Of a stretch of DNA of 64,000 nt, positions 25,631-39,300 are shown piece by piece. A program made the translations under genes and the position numbers. The notes below the pieces were generated by a model. It did not search any database and was not told the origin of the DNA. It saw nothing but the letters and a program-made list of their open reading frames with translations. Numbering within the stretch: position 1 is the stretch's first letter; each line of letters begins with the position of its first letter. Source of the stretch: Eledone cirrhosa (Eukaryota); NCBI GenBank assembly GCA_964016885.1, contig OZ024742.1, positions 364,746,001 through 364,810,000 of the forward strand, written 5' to 3'.

Positions 25631-25715
25631 GGTCTGACGAGCTGTGGATTACAGAGTCGGATCAGATCGATACAGATCGAACCTTGAGCTGATCAGTGGC
25701 GAAACGCGTGTCACC
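25631..25715 (+). ncRNA. Type I hammerhead ribozyme, canonical core
   Basis: GGU-CUGACGA-GCUGUGGAUUA...UGAUCAGUGGC-GAAA-CGCGUG-UC^ACC; followed by AATAAA and, about 55 nt after the cleavage site, a (TA)n tract. Confidence 0.75.
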
Positions 25716-25768
25716 AACAAATAAAGGTAATTAAGGAGTAACCAATCGTCCTTGTTATCTTATTTCAC

Positions 25769-25779
25769 TATATATACAC

Positions 25780-25829
<50 letters not shown>

Positions 25830-25959
25830 GTATATATATATACATATATGTATACATATATGTATATATATATATATGTATATATATATGTATATATACA
25901 TATATATATACATATATACATATATATATACATATATATATATATATACATATATATAC

Positions 25960-26042
<83 letters not shown>

Positions 26043-26043
26043 C

Positions 26044-26138
<95 letters not shown>

Positions 26139-26185
26139 CATATATATACATATATATACATATATATATATATACATATATATAC

Positions 26186-26216
<31 letters not shown>

Positions 26217-26228
26217 CATATATATACA

Positions 26229-26264
<36 letters not shown>

Positions 26265-26529
26265 CATATATATATACATATATATATACATATATATACA
26301 TATACATATATATACATATATACATATATATACATATATATATACATATACATATATATATACATGCATATACATATATATATACATATACATATACATA
26401 TACATACATATACATATATATATACATATACATATATATATACATATACATACATATATACATATACACATATATACATATATACATATACATATATATA
26501 TATACATATATATGCATATATACATATAC

Positions 26530-26592
<63 letters not shown>

Positions 26593-26593
26593 C

Positions 26594-26656
<63 letters not shown>
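25769..26656. repeat. Long (TA)n/(TACA) compound microsatellite, about 890 bp
   Basis: Visible; produces spurious YI-repeat ORFs. Confidence 0.95.
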
Positions 26657-26659
<3 letters not shown>

Positions 26660-26978
26660 ATAATAATGAAATTGAAGACTAAAATCCAAAGAGGGCTCGA
26701 TAAGGAAAATATATATCAAATATATAAGAACCGTAGAGCAAATATTTATTAAAATAACAGATTAAAGTTTAAGCAAAGAATCGCTGCTTTCACCCTTAAC
26801 GGGATCTTTGCCAGCGAACGTTACCACGAACCAAAGTATCGTCTTCCTGTCTTCCTCCGGTTGCAACGTTTTTTGAAATATCCAGTTCTGCGTTTACAGA
26901 TTGACTTTGTTAGTTTCAGAAGATCCCGTTAAGGGTGAAAGTAGCGATTCTTTGCTTAAACTTTAATCTGTTATTTTA

Positions 26979-26983
<5 letters not shown>
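26657..26983. mobile_element. Penelope-type remnant (third family) with inverted arms and a hammerhead-like motif at 26912-26962 (+)
   Basis: About 26745-26808 is the reverse complement of 26920-26983; homologous to 18488-18826. Confidence 0.7.
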
Positions 26984-27013
<30 letters not shown>

Positions 27014-27396
27014 TTATTTAGATAAAATAGGAAATACGAACCGTTTAGACAAATAGTTCAGATAACTTTGACATATGTTCAGCATTTCCTCTACGACGGA
27101 AGTAAAATAACATGACTTCGTCTCATATTTTCGTTCAAATAATATTTCTTCTTTTTTTAGAATATTAACATCTACCATCATTTCGTATATTTCTGCCTCA
27201 TGGTATTATTTCCTTGATCTTTCATATATTTAGTATTTCCAGTGTTTTATGCATATTCTGATTTTTCAGAAATTCTATTTGTCTTATACTGTGTAAATGG
27301 GGCCTTATATTTAAGTAAAGGAGTTTTTATAATAAAGGATAATCAATATATACATACAGACGATAAGCGGGAATTTTCCATTCTCAGCAGTAAATC

Positions 27397-27743
<347 letters not shown>

Positions 27744-27753
27744 AACCAGTAAG

Positions 27754-27847
27754 ACCCCGACGGCTGAGCTCAAGCCGTTTCAACGGCTAATTCTGGACTA
27801 AATGAAAATTTATCCTGGTATTTAAATAGCCGAGCTTCTCAAGGGGT
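27754..27847 (-). ncRNA. Type I hammerhead, U3-A8 variant
   Basis: ACCCC-UUGAGAA-G-CU-CGGCUA...UAGCCG-U-U-GAAA-CGGCU[UGAGCUC]AGCCG-UC^GGGGU. Confidence 0.75.
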
Positions 27848-29623
27848 AATTCCATATATGGTCAAAGTGATTGTCACAAGGATTGGTCACAAGTTAGTAG
27901 TAATTCTGTGATGGCAAATTAGTGGGGGAGAGGGTGGCTAAACCTGCCAGTAGGAGAAAAAGGGGAGGGGTGGAGCAGACCCAATCATGCGTTGGTGGTG
28001 CCGGCTACAGCTGGGCATGAGGTCAAAGAAGATACTAGGGAGGAGGAGGGGGAGGAATTCGAAACGGTAAGTAGAACAAAGAAGGGTAAAAATATATATA
28101 TATGAAAGAAAAAAAAATACTGAGAGTGATAAAAAGCAAATAAATGTAAAGAAAAAAAAATATAAGCAAATTCTACGACCTAATTCTCTAGCTATTGTTA
28201 GGCTAGATAAATAAATAGAGAAAGAAAGAAAGAAATAAAGAAAGAAATAAAGAAATAAAGAAATAAGTAAATAAACTAGGTGGGACGTAATAGGAAAGGA
28301 CCCTTTTAAGAGGTATAAGTACGTATATCATACGGTGACGGGTCAACAAATGGGGCCAAAATACTAAAGAAGCTACCACGAAATAATTAATAAAGGTTTC
28401 TACCCCGGGCACAAGGCCATCAACCACCCAGTGCAGAAAAGTAAACTAGTACGAAATAATAATTCTGAGTCCCGAAAAAAATATACTAATGCTAACTCTA
28501 AAGGTACCGCCACGCTACAAAAGTTCTTATACAAGCTACATAAGTTCGTACGAAGTAAAAGTAGAATACGGAAAAATAAATTCAGAATCCACCCCGCCCA
28601 AAAGAAAAGAGAAGAAAGAAATACTGAAACGAGAAATTAAGGCATAGGTGCCACTAAGAAATATAGAAGACACGGAAAAAAGGGGGAGCGGTCAGAGAAG
28701 GGGGCAAGTATCCGAGGTCTAACACAACTGCTATAAAAAGCGGAGTCCACCAAATCTATCATAGACTAGGGGAGGGGTGGGGGTACTGAGGCTACAAGGG
28801 GCCAAAGGGCTGCCTCGGGTGGGCGAGAAAAAGATGCTGACAAAGAAGAAGAACTGGGGTAGAAGGACTAGGGAGAGATGGGGGAAAGAAGGAAATATAG
28901 AGGAAGCGATAAAAGAATAAAAAGATCTTACGTCTCCCTTGGCAGGCAGGGGTTACCCATTACAAAATCGGCAAGTAGGGTGTTATAGCCCTAGTCTACC
29001 CCCCCCCCCGGTCATTATGGGGTTTGAGGGCGAGGTAAGTCCTACGCAATCTATGTTTACATGCAGTAACCAGTTCATCTTTCTTGTTTAGGAGTCGGTC
29101 CGTCGAAAACAGCATTTGTAGAGTTTCCTCCGAGCATGGACGGCGTCCTCCCGTGTAAGAGTTGGCTCTGGACAGTAATCTCCAAGTGAGATCTTAGGTA
29201 ATGTGGTTGTCCTTGAGGTCCCATATGTGGCCCGAAAGTCTAGTGGCGTGACGCCGGGCCGGGTTTCGGAAGGTATGTCTATGTTGGTATAGCCGGGTCT
29301 TGAAGTCATATGCGGTTAGTCTTATATAAGCTTTGTTGAAGGTTTCCATCCTCACGTTGCACTGGTAGATCACATTACGGTCTCTGCATCTGTTGTCGAG
29401 TGGGCAAATGGATCTATCCGGACAGTTGCACCTCCTGGTCGGCTCTCCACTGCTATTTAGGTTATTTCTTCCATCGGGGTTGAGCTTTTTGTTGTTAGAG
29501 GAGACGATGTTTTGTGCGAAGTTTGGTGTCGTGCTGTAAGAGAGTTTTATGGTATTTTTGTTAATTATGTTGTGGTAGCGGTGTTGTAGTGGGAATTGTT
29601 TTTCAATGAGCCTAAAGAATATT

Positions 29624-30241
29624 TTCCCACTACAACACCGCTACCACAACATAATTAACAAAAATACCATAAAACTCTCTTACAGCACTACACCAAACTT
29701 CGCACAAAACATCGTCTCCTCTAACAACAAAAAGCTCAACCCCGATGGAAGAAATAACCTAAATAGCAGTGGAGAGCCGACCAGGAGGTGCAACTGTCCG
29801 GATAGATCCATTTGCCCACTCGACAACAGATGCAGAGACCGTAATGTGATCTACCAGTGCAACGTGAGGATGGACACCTCCAACAAAGCTTATATAGGAC
29901 TAACCGCATATGACTTCAAGACCCGGCTATACCAACATAGACATACCTTCCGAAACCCGGCCCGGCGTCACGCCACTACACTTTCGGGCCACATATGGGA
30001 CCTCAAGGACAACAACATCACCTATGATCTCACTGGGAGATTACTGTCCAGAGCCAACTCTTACACGGGAGGACGCCGTCCGTGCAATTTATGCTCGGAG
30101 GAAACTCTACAAATGCTGTTTTCGACGGACCAACTCCTAAACAAGAAAGATGAACTGGTTACTGCATGTAAACATAGATTGCGTAGGACTTACCTCGCCC
30201 TCAAACCCCATAATGACCCGGGGGGGGGGGGGGGGGGATAG
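29624..30241 (+). pseudogene. C-terminal GIY-YIG endonuclease fragment of a Penelope-like element (mirror copy on minus at about 29010-29594)
   Basis: CNCPDRSICPLDNRC..NVIYQC..YIGLTAYDFKTRLYQH..LSGHIWDLK..CNLCSEE..LLNKKDELVTACKH. Confidence 0.88.
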
Positions 30242-30983
30242 ACTAGGGCTATAACACCCCACTTGCCGATTTTGTAATTGGTAACCCCTGCCTGCCAAGG
30301 GAGACGTAAGATCTTCTTTTTATTCTTTTATCGCTTCTTCTATATTTCCTTCTTTCCCCCATCCCTCCCTAGTCCTTCTACCCCAGTTCTTCTTCTTTGT
30401 CGGCGTCTTTTTCTCGCCCACCCGAGGCAGCCCGTTGGCCCCTTGTAGCCTCAGTACCCCCACCCCTCCCCTAGTCTATGATAGATTTGGCGGACTCCGC
30501 TTTTTATAGCAGTTGTGTTAGACCTCAGATACTTGCTCCCTTATCCGACCGCTCCCCGTTTTTTCCGTGCCTTCTATATTTCTTAGTGGCACCTATGCCT
30601 TAATTTCTCTTTTCAGTATTTCTTTCTTCTCTTTTCTTTTGGGCGGGGTGGATTCTGAATTTATTTTTCCGTATTCTACTTTTACTTCGTACGAACTTTC
30701 ATGTAGCTTGTATAAGAACTTTTGTAGCGTAGCGGTACCTTTAGAGTTAGCATTAGTATATTTTTATCGGGACTCAGAATTATTATTTCGTACTAGTTTA
30801 CTTTTCTGCACTGGGTGGTTGCTGGCCTTGTGCCCGGGGTAGAAACCTTTATTAATTATTTCGTGGTAGCTTCTTTAGTATTTTGGCCCCATTTGTTGAC
30901 CCGTCACCGTATGATATACGTACTTATACCTCTTAAAAGGATCCTTTCCTATTCCGTCCCACCTAGTTTATTTACTTATTTCT

Positions 30984-31022
<39 letters not shown>

Positions 31023-31381
31023 TCTAGCCTAACAATAGCTAAAGAATTAGGTCGTAGAATTTGCTTATATTTTTTTTTCTTTACATTTATTCGCTTTTTA
31101 TCACTCAGTATTTTTTTTTTCTTTCATATATATATATTTTTACCCTTCTTTGTTCTACTTACCGTTTCGACTTATTCCCCCTCCCCCTCCCTAGTATCTT
31201 CTTTGACTTCATGCCCAGCTGTAGCCGGCACTACCAACGCATGATTGGGTCTACTCCACCCCTCCCCTTTTTCTCCTACTGGCAGGTTTAGCCACCCTCT
31301 CCCCCACTAATTTGTAATCACAGAATTACTACTAACTTGTGACCAATCCTTGTGACAATCACTTTGACCATATATGGAATT

Positions 31382-31469
31382 ACCCCTTGAGAAGCTCGGC
31401 TATTTAAATACCAGGATAAATTTTCATTTAGTCCAGAATTAGCCGTCGAAACGGCTTGACCGTCGGGGT
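31382..31469 (+). ncRNA. Type I hammerhead, U3-A8 variant
   Basis: ACCCC-UUGAGAA-G-CU-CGGCUA...UAGCCG-U-C-GAAA-CGG[CUUGA]CCG-UC^GGGGU. Confidence 0.78.
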
Positions 31470-31585
31470 CTTACTGGTTCCTATTACCCACTCTACTACC
31501 CTAAGTATTGAGTACTTTGGTACGTTATGGTCCACCTGGTTCCTTACCACTTTTCCTTCGTTATATATATATATATATATATTAC

Positions 31586-31629
<44 letters not shown>

Positions 31630-31631
31630 AT

Positions 31632-31706
<75 letters not shown>

Positions 31707-31715
<9 letters not shown>

Positions 31716-31895
31716 TGAGATTCTACAGGACTTGAACTGTTTCATTCTTTAGAAATCATCAGTAATTCTGATGATTTCTAAAGAATGAAACAGTTCTAGT
31801 CCTGTAGAATCTCATCTATATTAAAACCTTTATACTCGGCTATGTATTGAGTACCTTACTTACTGTGCTTCCCTCCGATTCAACCCGGAATAACG
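31707..31895. mobile_element. Palindromic Penelope-type remnant with a hammerhead core on both strands
   Basis: 31707-31823 is a near-perfect palindrome; plus strand CUGAUGA-U-UUCU[AA]AGAA-U-GAAA-CAG[UUCUAGUC]CUG-UA at 31768-31806; tail of about 70 bp to (TA)n. Confidence 0.72.
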
Positions 31896-31923
31896 TATAT
31901 ATATATGTGTGTGTGTGTGTGTC

Positions 31924-31980
<57 letters not shown>
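31924..31980. repeat. (TAG)n microsatellite
   Basis: Visible. Confidence 0.95.
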
Positions 31981-31982
<2 letters not shown>

Positions 31983-32285
31983 TATTAAATTGATCAAAGA
32001 CCACATGCAGATATATTCAGGTTTATTTTTATCTCCAAGATACATATTTTGCTGAGGTTTAAGGCAAGATACTTTTCTTCCTACATATTGCACTAGCCTG
32101 ACCTCGTCAGATGCAATAAGAGTCTTTAAATCATTTCACACAACTTAAAGTCTTCTAAATAAAATTCAAAACATTTTCCCGAAAATCTTTTTCGTCTTAT
32201 GATAGATGGGACAGCGGGATGTTTGGATGGTTCTATGCTAGCCGACCCCTAAAATCTTGTTTGACCCATAGAACAATAATCATAA

Positions 32286-32692
32286 TAATTGTTTCTACTT
32301 TAGGCACAAGGCCAGCAATTTGGGGGAGGGAAATTCGATTAAATTGACCCCAACGCGTGACTGGTATTTCATTTTATCGGCCCTGTAATATCGGTTGAAT
32401 TCGAACTCAGAACGCAAAGGGACGTAACTATGTGTCATGAAGCATGTTGCTCTAGAGAAATTGAAAATTCACTGCCCCCCCTCTGCCAATACTGCCTATC
32501 CAATAATATTGGTAATAATTGTTTCTACTTTTGGCACAAGGCCAGCAATTACCCAGTGCATCATTGGTACTTTATTTTATCGATCCCGTAAGGATGAAAG
32601 GCAAAGTTAACCTCGGCGGGAATTGAACTCACAATGGCAAGGGCTATAACTCTATGCGTGGCGTCTGACCCTCTACCGATACTGCCAATCCA
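32286..32692 (-). mobile_element. Two tandem SINE family A copies (about 32286-32490 and 32515-32692)
   Basis: Each begins on the plus strand with AATAATTGTTTCTACTTT(A/T)GGCACAAGGCCAGC and contains GAACTCA (B box complement). Confidence 0.8.
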
Positions 32693-33328
32693 CAATAATA
32701 GTTATATATAAGGATGATGATGATGATTATGATGAACATGAAGTTCTGAACATGGCAGCTGCTCTACACCGCCTCATCGTCTTAACCTAAACGTCGTCTG
32801 TGTCAAGTACAAATAATGTAATATTTACTCTGATCATCAGTCTATTCCTCTTCACTAACTTCTCCTTGAAATATCATCTGATTGAGAAACTATATTAATA
32901 GACGTTAATTTCACAGCTTACAATTGACATCTATAATACAATTACAATACAATAACAATACAATTACATAGAATTCACTTTCAACGGGTTCGGCGGTCTT
33001 AAGATTATTATTTCTTTTTTAATATGATTTTATCAATGAACTTAGAATTATCTAATTTATTGTTAGACATACATTTAAGATAATCTGTTATGTAGAGATC
33101 TTCGTTGTGATCTTGGCTGCAGTCTGACAGGGAAGGACTCGATGTTCTAGTGATCACTGGAAAATCTAACATTTACTTATAAATCACTTATTGCCTTTAT
33201 TCCACATATCTCTCTCCATTCTAAACACCTCTTCATCTAAATACAGCGTCACATCTAGAAAGACTTATAATGTCTCCTAATTTCTGAACTTCATTTGCTT
33301 TTGACAAAGTTGAATATTGACAAAGGAC

Positions 33329-36300
33329 AGATAATTGTATATAAAGGAGTTCTATTCGGTATTTACCCAGGTAGAAGATAATAGTGTATAAAGGAGTTAT
33401 ATTTGGTATTTACCCAGGCAGAAGATAATTGTGTATAATGGAGAATATATTAGCTATTTACTCAGGTAGAAGATAATTGTGTATAATGGAGAATATATTA
33501 GCTATTTACCCAGGTAGAAGATAATTGTGTATAATGGAGAATATATTAGCTATTTACTCAGGTAGAAGATAATTGTGTATAATGGAGAATATATTAGCTA
33601 TTTACTCAGGTAGAAGATAATTGTGTATAATGGAGAATATATTAGCTATTTAACCAGGTAGACGATAATTGTGTATAATGGAGAATATATTAGCTATTTA
33701 CCCAGGTAGAAGATAATTGTGTATAATGGACAATATATTAGCTATTTAATCAGGTAGAAGATAATTGTGTATAATGGAGAATATATTTGGTATTTACCCA
33801 GGTAGAAGATAATTGTTTATAATGGAGAATATATTAGCTATTTACCCAGGCTGAAGATAATTGTGTATAATGGAGAATATATTTGGTATTTACCCAGGTA
33901 GAAGATAATTGTGTATAATGGAGAATATATTTGGTATTTACCCAGGTAGAAGATAATTGTGTATAATGGAGAATATATTAGCTATTTACCCAGGTAGAAT
34001 ATAATTGTGTATAATGGAGAATATATTAGCTATTTACTCAGGTAGAAGATAATTGTGTATAATGGGGAATATATTAGCTATTTACTCAGGTAGAAGATAA
34101 TTGTGTACAATGGAGAATATATTAGCTATTTACTCAGGTAGAAGATAATTGTGTATAATGGAGAATATATTAGCTATTTACCCTGGCAGAAGATAATTGT
34201 GTATAATGGAGAATATATTAGTTATTTACCCAGGTAGAAGTTAATTGTGTATAATGGAGAATATATTAGCTATTTACCCTGGCAGAAGATAATTGTGTAT
34301 AATGGAGAATATATTAGCTATTTACCCAGGTAGGAGATAATTGTGTATAATGGAGAATATATTAGCTATTTACCCAGGTAGAAGATAATTGTGTATAATG
34401 GAGAATATATTAGCTATTTAATCAGGTAGAAGATAATTGTGTATAATGGAGAATATATTAGCTATTTACCCAGATAGAATGATAATTGTGTATAATGGAG
34501 AATATATTATCTATTTACTCAGGTAGAAGATAATTGTGTATAATGGAGAATATATTAGCTAGTTACTCAGGTTGAAGATAATTGTGTATAATGGAGAATA
34601 TATTAGCTAGTTACTCAGGTAGAAGATAATTGTGTATAATGGAGAATATATTAGCTATTTACCGAGGTAGAAGATAATTGTGTATAATGGAGAATATATT
34701 AGCTATTTACTCAGGTAGAAGATAATTGTGTATAATGGAGAATATATTAGCTAGTTACTCAGGTAGAAGATAATTGTGTATAATGGAGAATATATTAGCT
34801 ATTTACCCAGGTAGAAGATAATTGTGTATAATGGAGAATATATTAGCTAGTTACTCAGGTAGAAGATAATTGTGTATAATGGAGAATATATTAGCTATTT
34901 ACCGAGGTAGAAGATAATTGTGTATAATGGAGAATATATTAGCTATTTACTCAGGTAGAAGATAATTGTGTATAATGGAGAATATATTAGCTAGTTACTC
35001 AGGTAGAAGATTATTGTGTATAATGGAGAATATATTAGCTAGTTACTCAGGTAGAAGATAATTGTGTATAATGGAGAATATATTAGCTATTTACCGAGGT
35101 AGAAGATAATTGTGTATAATGGAGAATATATTAGCTATTTACTCAGGTAGAACATAATTGTGTATAATGGAGAATATATTAGCTATTTACTCAGGTAGAA
35201 GATAATTGTGTATAATGGAGAATATATTAGCTATTTACCCAGGCTGAAGATAATTGTGTATAATGGAGAATATATTTGGTATTTACCCAGGTAGAAGATA
35301 ATTGTGTATAATGGAGAATATATTTGGTATTTACCCAGGTAGAAGATAATTGTGTATAATGGAGAATATATTAGCTATTTACCCAGGTAGAATATAATTG
35401 TGTATAATGGAGAATATATTAGCTATTTACCCATGCTGAAGGTAATTGTGTATAAATGGAGAATATATTAGCTATTTACTCATATAGACGATAATTGTGT
35501 ATAATGGAGAATATATTAGCCATTTACTCAGGTAGAAGATAATTGTGTATAATGGAGAATATATTAGCTATTTAACCTGGCAGAAGATAATTGTGTATAA
35601 TGGAGAATATATTAGTTATTTACCCAGGTAGAAGATAATTGTGTATAATGGAGAATATATTAGCTATTTACCCTGGCAGATGACAATTGTGTATAATGGT
35701 GAACATATTAGCTAGTTACTCAGGTAGAAGATAATTGTGTATAATGGAGAATATATTAGCTAGTTACTCAGGTAGAAGATTATTGTGTATAATGGAGAAT
35801 ATATTAGCTATTTACTCAGGTAGAAGATAATTGTGTATAATGGAGAATATATTAGCTATTTACCCTGGCAGAAGATAATTGTGTATAATGGAGAATATAT
35901 TAGTTATTTACCAAGGTAGGAGATAATTGTGTATAATGGAGAACATATTAGCTATTTACCCAGGTAGAAGATAATTGTGTATAATGGAGAATATATTAGC
36001 TATTTAATCAGGTAGTAGATAATTTTGTATAATGGAGAATATATTAGCTATTTACCCAGATAGAATGATAATTGTGTATAATGGAGAATATATTATCTAT
36101 TTATTCAGGTAGAAGATAATTGTATATAATGGAGAATATATTAGCTAGTTACTCAGGTAGAAGATAATTGTGTATAATAAAGAATATATTAGCTAGTTAC
36201 TAAGTTAGAAGATAATTGTGTATAATGGAGAATATATTAGCTATTTACTCAGGTAGAAGATAATTGTGTATAATGGAGAATATATTAGCTATTTACCGAG

Positions 36301-39300
36301 ATAGAAGATAATTGTGTATGATGGAGAATATATTAGCTATTTACTCAGGTAGAAGATAATTGTGTATAATGGAGAACATATCAGCTATTTACTCAGGTAG
36401 AAGATGATTGTGTATAATGGAGAATATATTAGCTATTTACTCAGGTAGAAGATAATTGTGTATAATGGAGAATATATTAGCTAGTTACTCAGGTAGAAGA
36501 TAATTGTGTATAATGGAGAATATATTAGCTAGTTACTCAGGTAGAAGATAATTGTGTATAATGGAGAATATATTAGCTATTTACTCAGGTAGAAGATAAT
36601 TGTGTATAATGGAGAATATATTAGCTAGTTACTCAGGTAGAAGATAATTGTGTATAATGGAAAATATATTAGCTATTTACTCAGGTAGAAGATAATTGTG
36701 TATACTGGAGAATATATTAGCTAGTTACTCAGGTAGAAGATAACTGTGTATAATGGAGAATATATTAGCTATTTAGTCAGGTAGAAGATAATAGTGTATA
36801 ATGGAGAATATATTAGCTATTTACACATATAGACGATAATTGTGTATAATGGAGAATATATTAGCTATTTACTCAGGTAGAAGATAATTTTGTATAATGG
36901 AGAATATATTAGCTAGTTACTCAGGTAGAAGATAATTGTGTATAATGGAGAATATATTAGCTTGTTACTCAGGTAGAAGATAATTGTGTATAATGGAGAA
37001 TATATTAGCTATTTACTCAGGTAGAAGATATTTGTGTATAATGGAGAATATATTAGCTATTTACCCTGGCAGAAGATAATTGTGTATAATGGAGAATATA
37101 TTAGTTATTTACCCAGGTAGAAGATAATTGTGTATAATGGAGAATATATTAGCTATTTACCCTGGCAGAAGATAATTGTGTATAATGGAGAATATATTAG
37201 CTATTTACCCAGGTAGGAGATAATTGTGTATAATGGAGAATATATTAGCTATTTACCCAGGTAGAAGATACTTGTGTATAATGGAGAATATATTAGCTAT
37301 TTACCCAGATAGAATGATAATTGTGTATAATGGAGAATATATTAGCTAGTTACTCAGGTAGAAGATAATTGTGTATAATGGAGAATATATTAGATAGTTA
37401 CTCAGGTAGAAGATAATTGTGTATACTGGAGAATATATTAGCTATTTAATCAGGTAGAAGATAATTGTGTATAATGGAGAATATATTAGCTATTTACCCA
37501 GGTAGAAGATAATTGTGTATAATGGAGAATATATGAGCTATTTACTCAGGTAGAAGATAATTGTGTATAATGGAGAATATATTAGCTATTTACCCAGGTA
37601 GAAGATAATTGTGTATAATGGAGAATATATTAGCTATTTACCCAGGTAGAAGATAATTGTGTATAATGGAGAATATATTAGCTATTTACTCAGGTAGAAG
37701 ATAATTGTGTATAATGGAGAATATATTAGCTATTTACTCAGGTAGAAGATAATTGTGTATAATGGAGAATATATTAGCTATTTACTCAGGTAGAAGATAA
37801 TTGTGTATAATGGAGAATATATTAGCTAGTTACTCAGGTAGAAGATAATTTTGTCTAATGAAGAATATATTAGCTATTTACCCAGGCTGAAGATAATTGT
37901 GTATAATGGAGAATATATTACCTATTTACTCATATAGACGATAATTGTGTATAATGGAGAATATATTAGCTATTTACTCAGGTAGAAGATAATTGTGTAT
38001 AATGGAGAATATATTAGCTATTTACTCAGGTAGAATATAATTGTGTATAATGGAGAATATATTAGCTATTTACCCTAGCAGAACATAATTGTGTATAATG
38101 GAGAATATATTAGTTATTTACCCAGGTAGAAGATAATTGTGTATAATGGAGAATATATTAGCTATTTACCCTGGCAGAAGATAATTGTGTATAATGGAGA
38201 ATATATTAGCTAATTACTCAGGTAGAAGATACTTGTGTATAATGGAGAATATATTAGCTAGTTACTCAGGTAGAAGATAATTGTGTATAATGGAGAATAT
38301 ATTAGCTATTTAATCAGGTAGAAGATAATTGTGTATACTGGAGAATATATTAGCTATTTACTCAGGTAGAAGATAATTGTGTATAATGGAGAATATATTA
38401 GCTATTTACTCAGGTAGAAGATAATTGTGTATAATGGAGAATATATTAGCTAGTTACTCAGGTAGAAGATAATTTTGTCTAATGGAGAATATATTAGCTA
38501 TTTACTCAGGTAGAAGATAACTGTGTATAATGGAGAATATATTAGCTATTTACCCAGGTAGAAGATAATTGTGTATAATGGAGAATATATTAGCTATTTA
38601 CCCAGGTAGAAGATAATTGTGTATAATGGGGAATATATTAGCTATTTACCCAGGTAGAAGATAATTGTGTATAATGGAGAATATATGAGCTATTTAGCCA
38701 GGTAGAAGATAATTGTGTATAATGGTGAATATATTAGCTATTAACACAGGTAGAAGATAATTGTGTCATAATGGAGAATATATTAGATATTAACGGAGGT
38801 AGAAGATAATTGTGTATAATGGAGAATATATTAGCTATTTACCCAGGTAGAAGACAATTGTGTATAATGGACAATATATTAGCTATTTACTCAGGTAGAC
38901 GATAATTGTGTATAATGGAGATTAAATTAGCTATTTACCCAGGTAGAAGATAATTGTGTATAATGGAGAATATATTAGCTATTTACTCAGGTAGACGATA
39001 ATTGTGTATAATGGAGATTAAATTACCTATTTAGCCAGGTAGAAGATAATTGTGTATAATGGAGTATATGTTAGCTATTTACCCAGGTAGAAGATAATTG
39101 TGTATAATGGAGAATATATTAGCTATTTACCCAGGTAGAAGATAATTGTTTATAATGGAGAATATATTAGCTATTTACTCAGGTAGAAGATAATTGTGTA
39201 TAATGGAGAATATATTAGATATTAACCCAGGTAGAAGATAATTGTGTATAATGGAGAATATATTAGCTATTTACCCAGGTAGAAGATAATTGTGTATAAT

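Noticed and set aside
25752-26719. YI-rich ORFs (also many HT, CV and LS ORFs elsewhere)
   Set aside because: Translations of dinucleotide microsatellites
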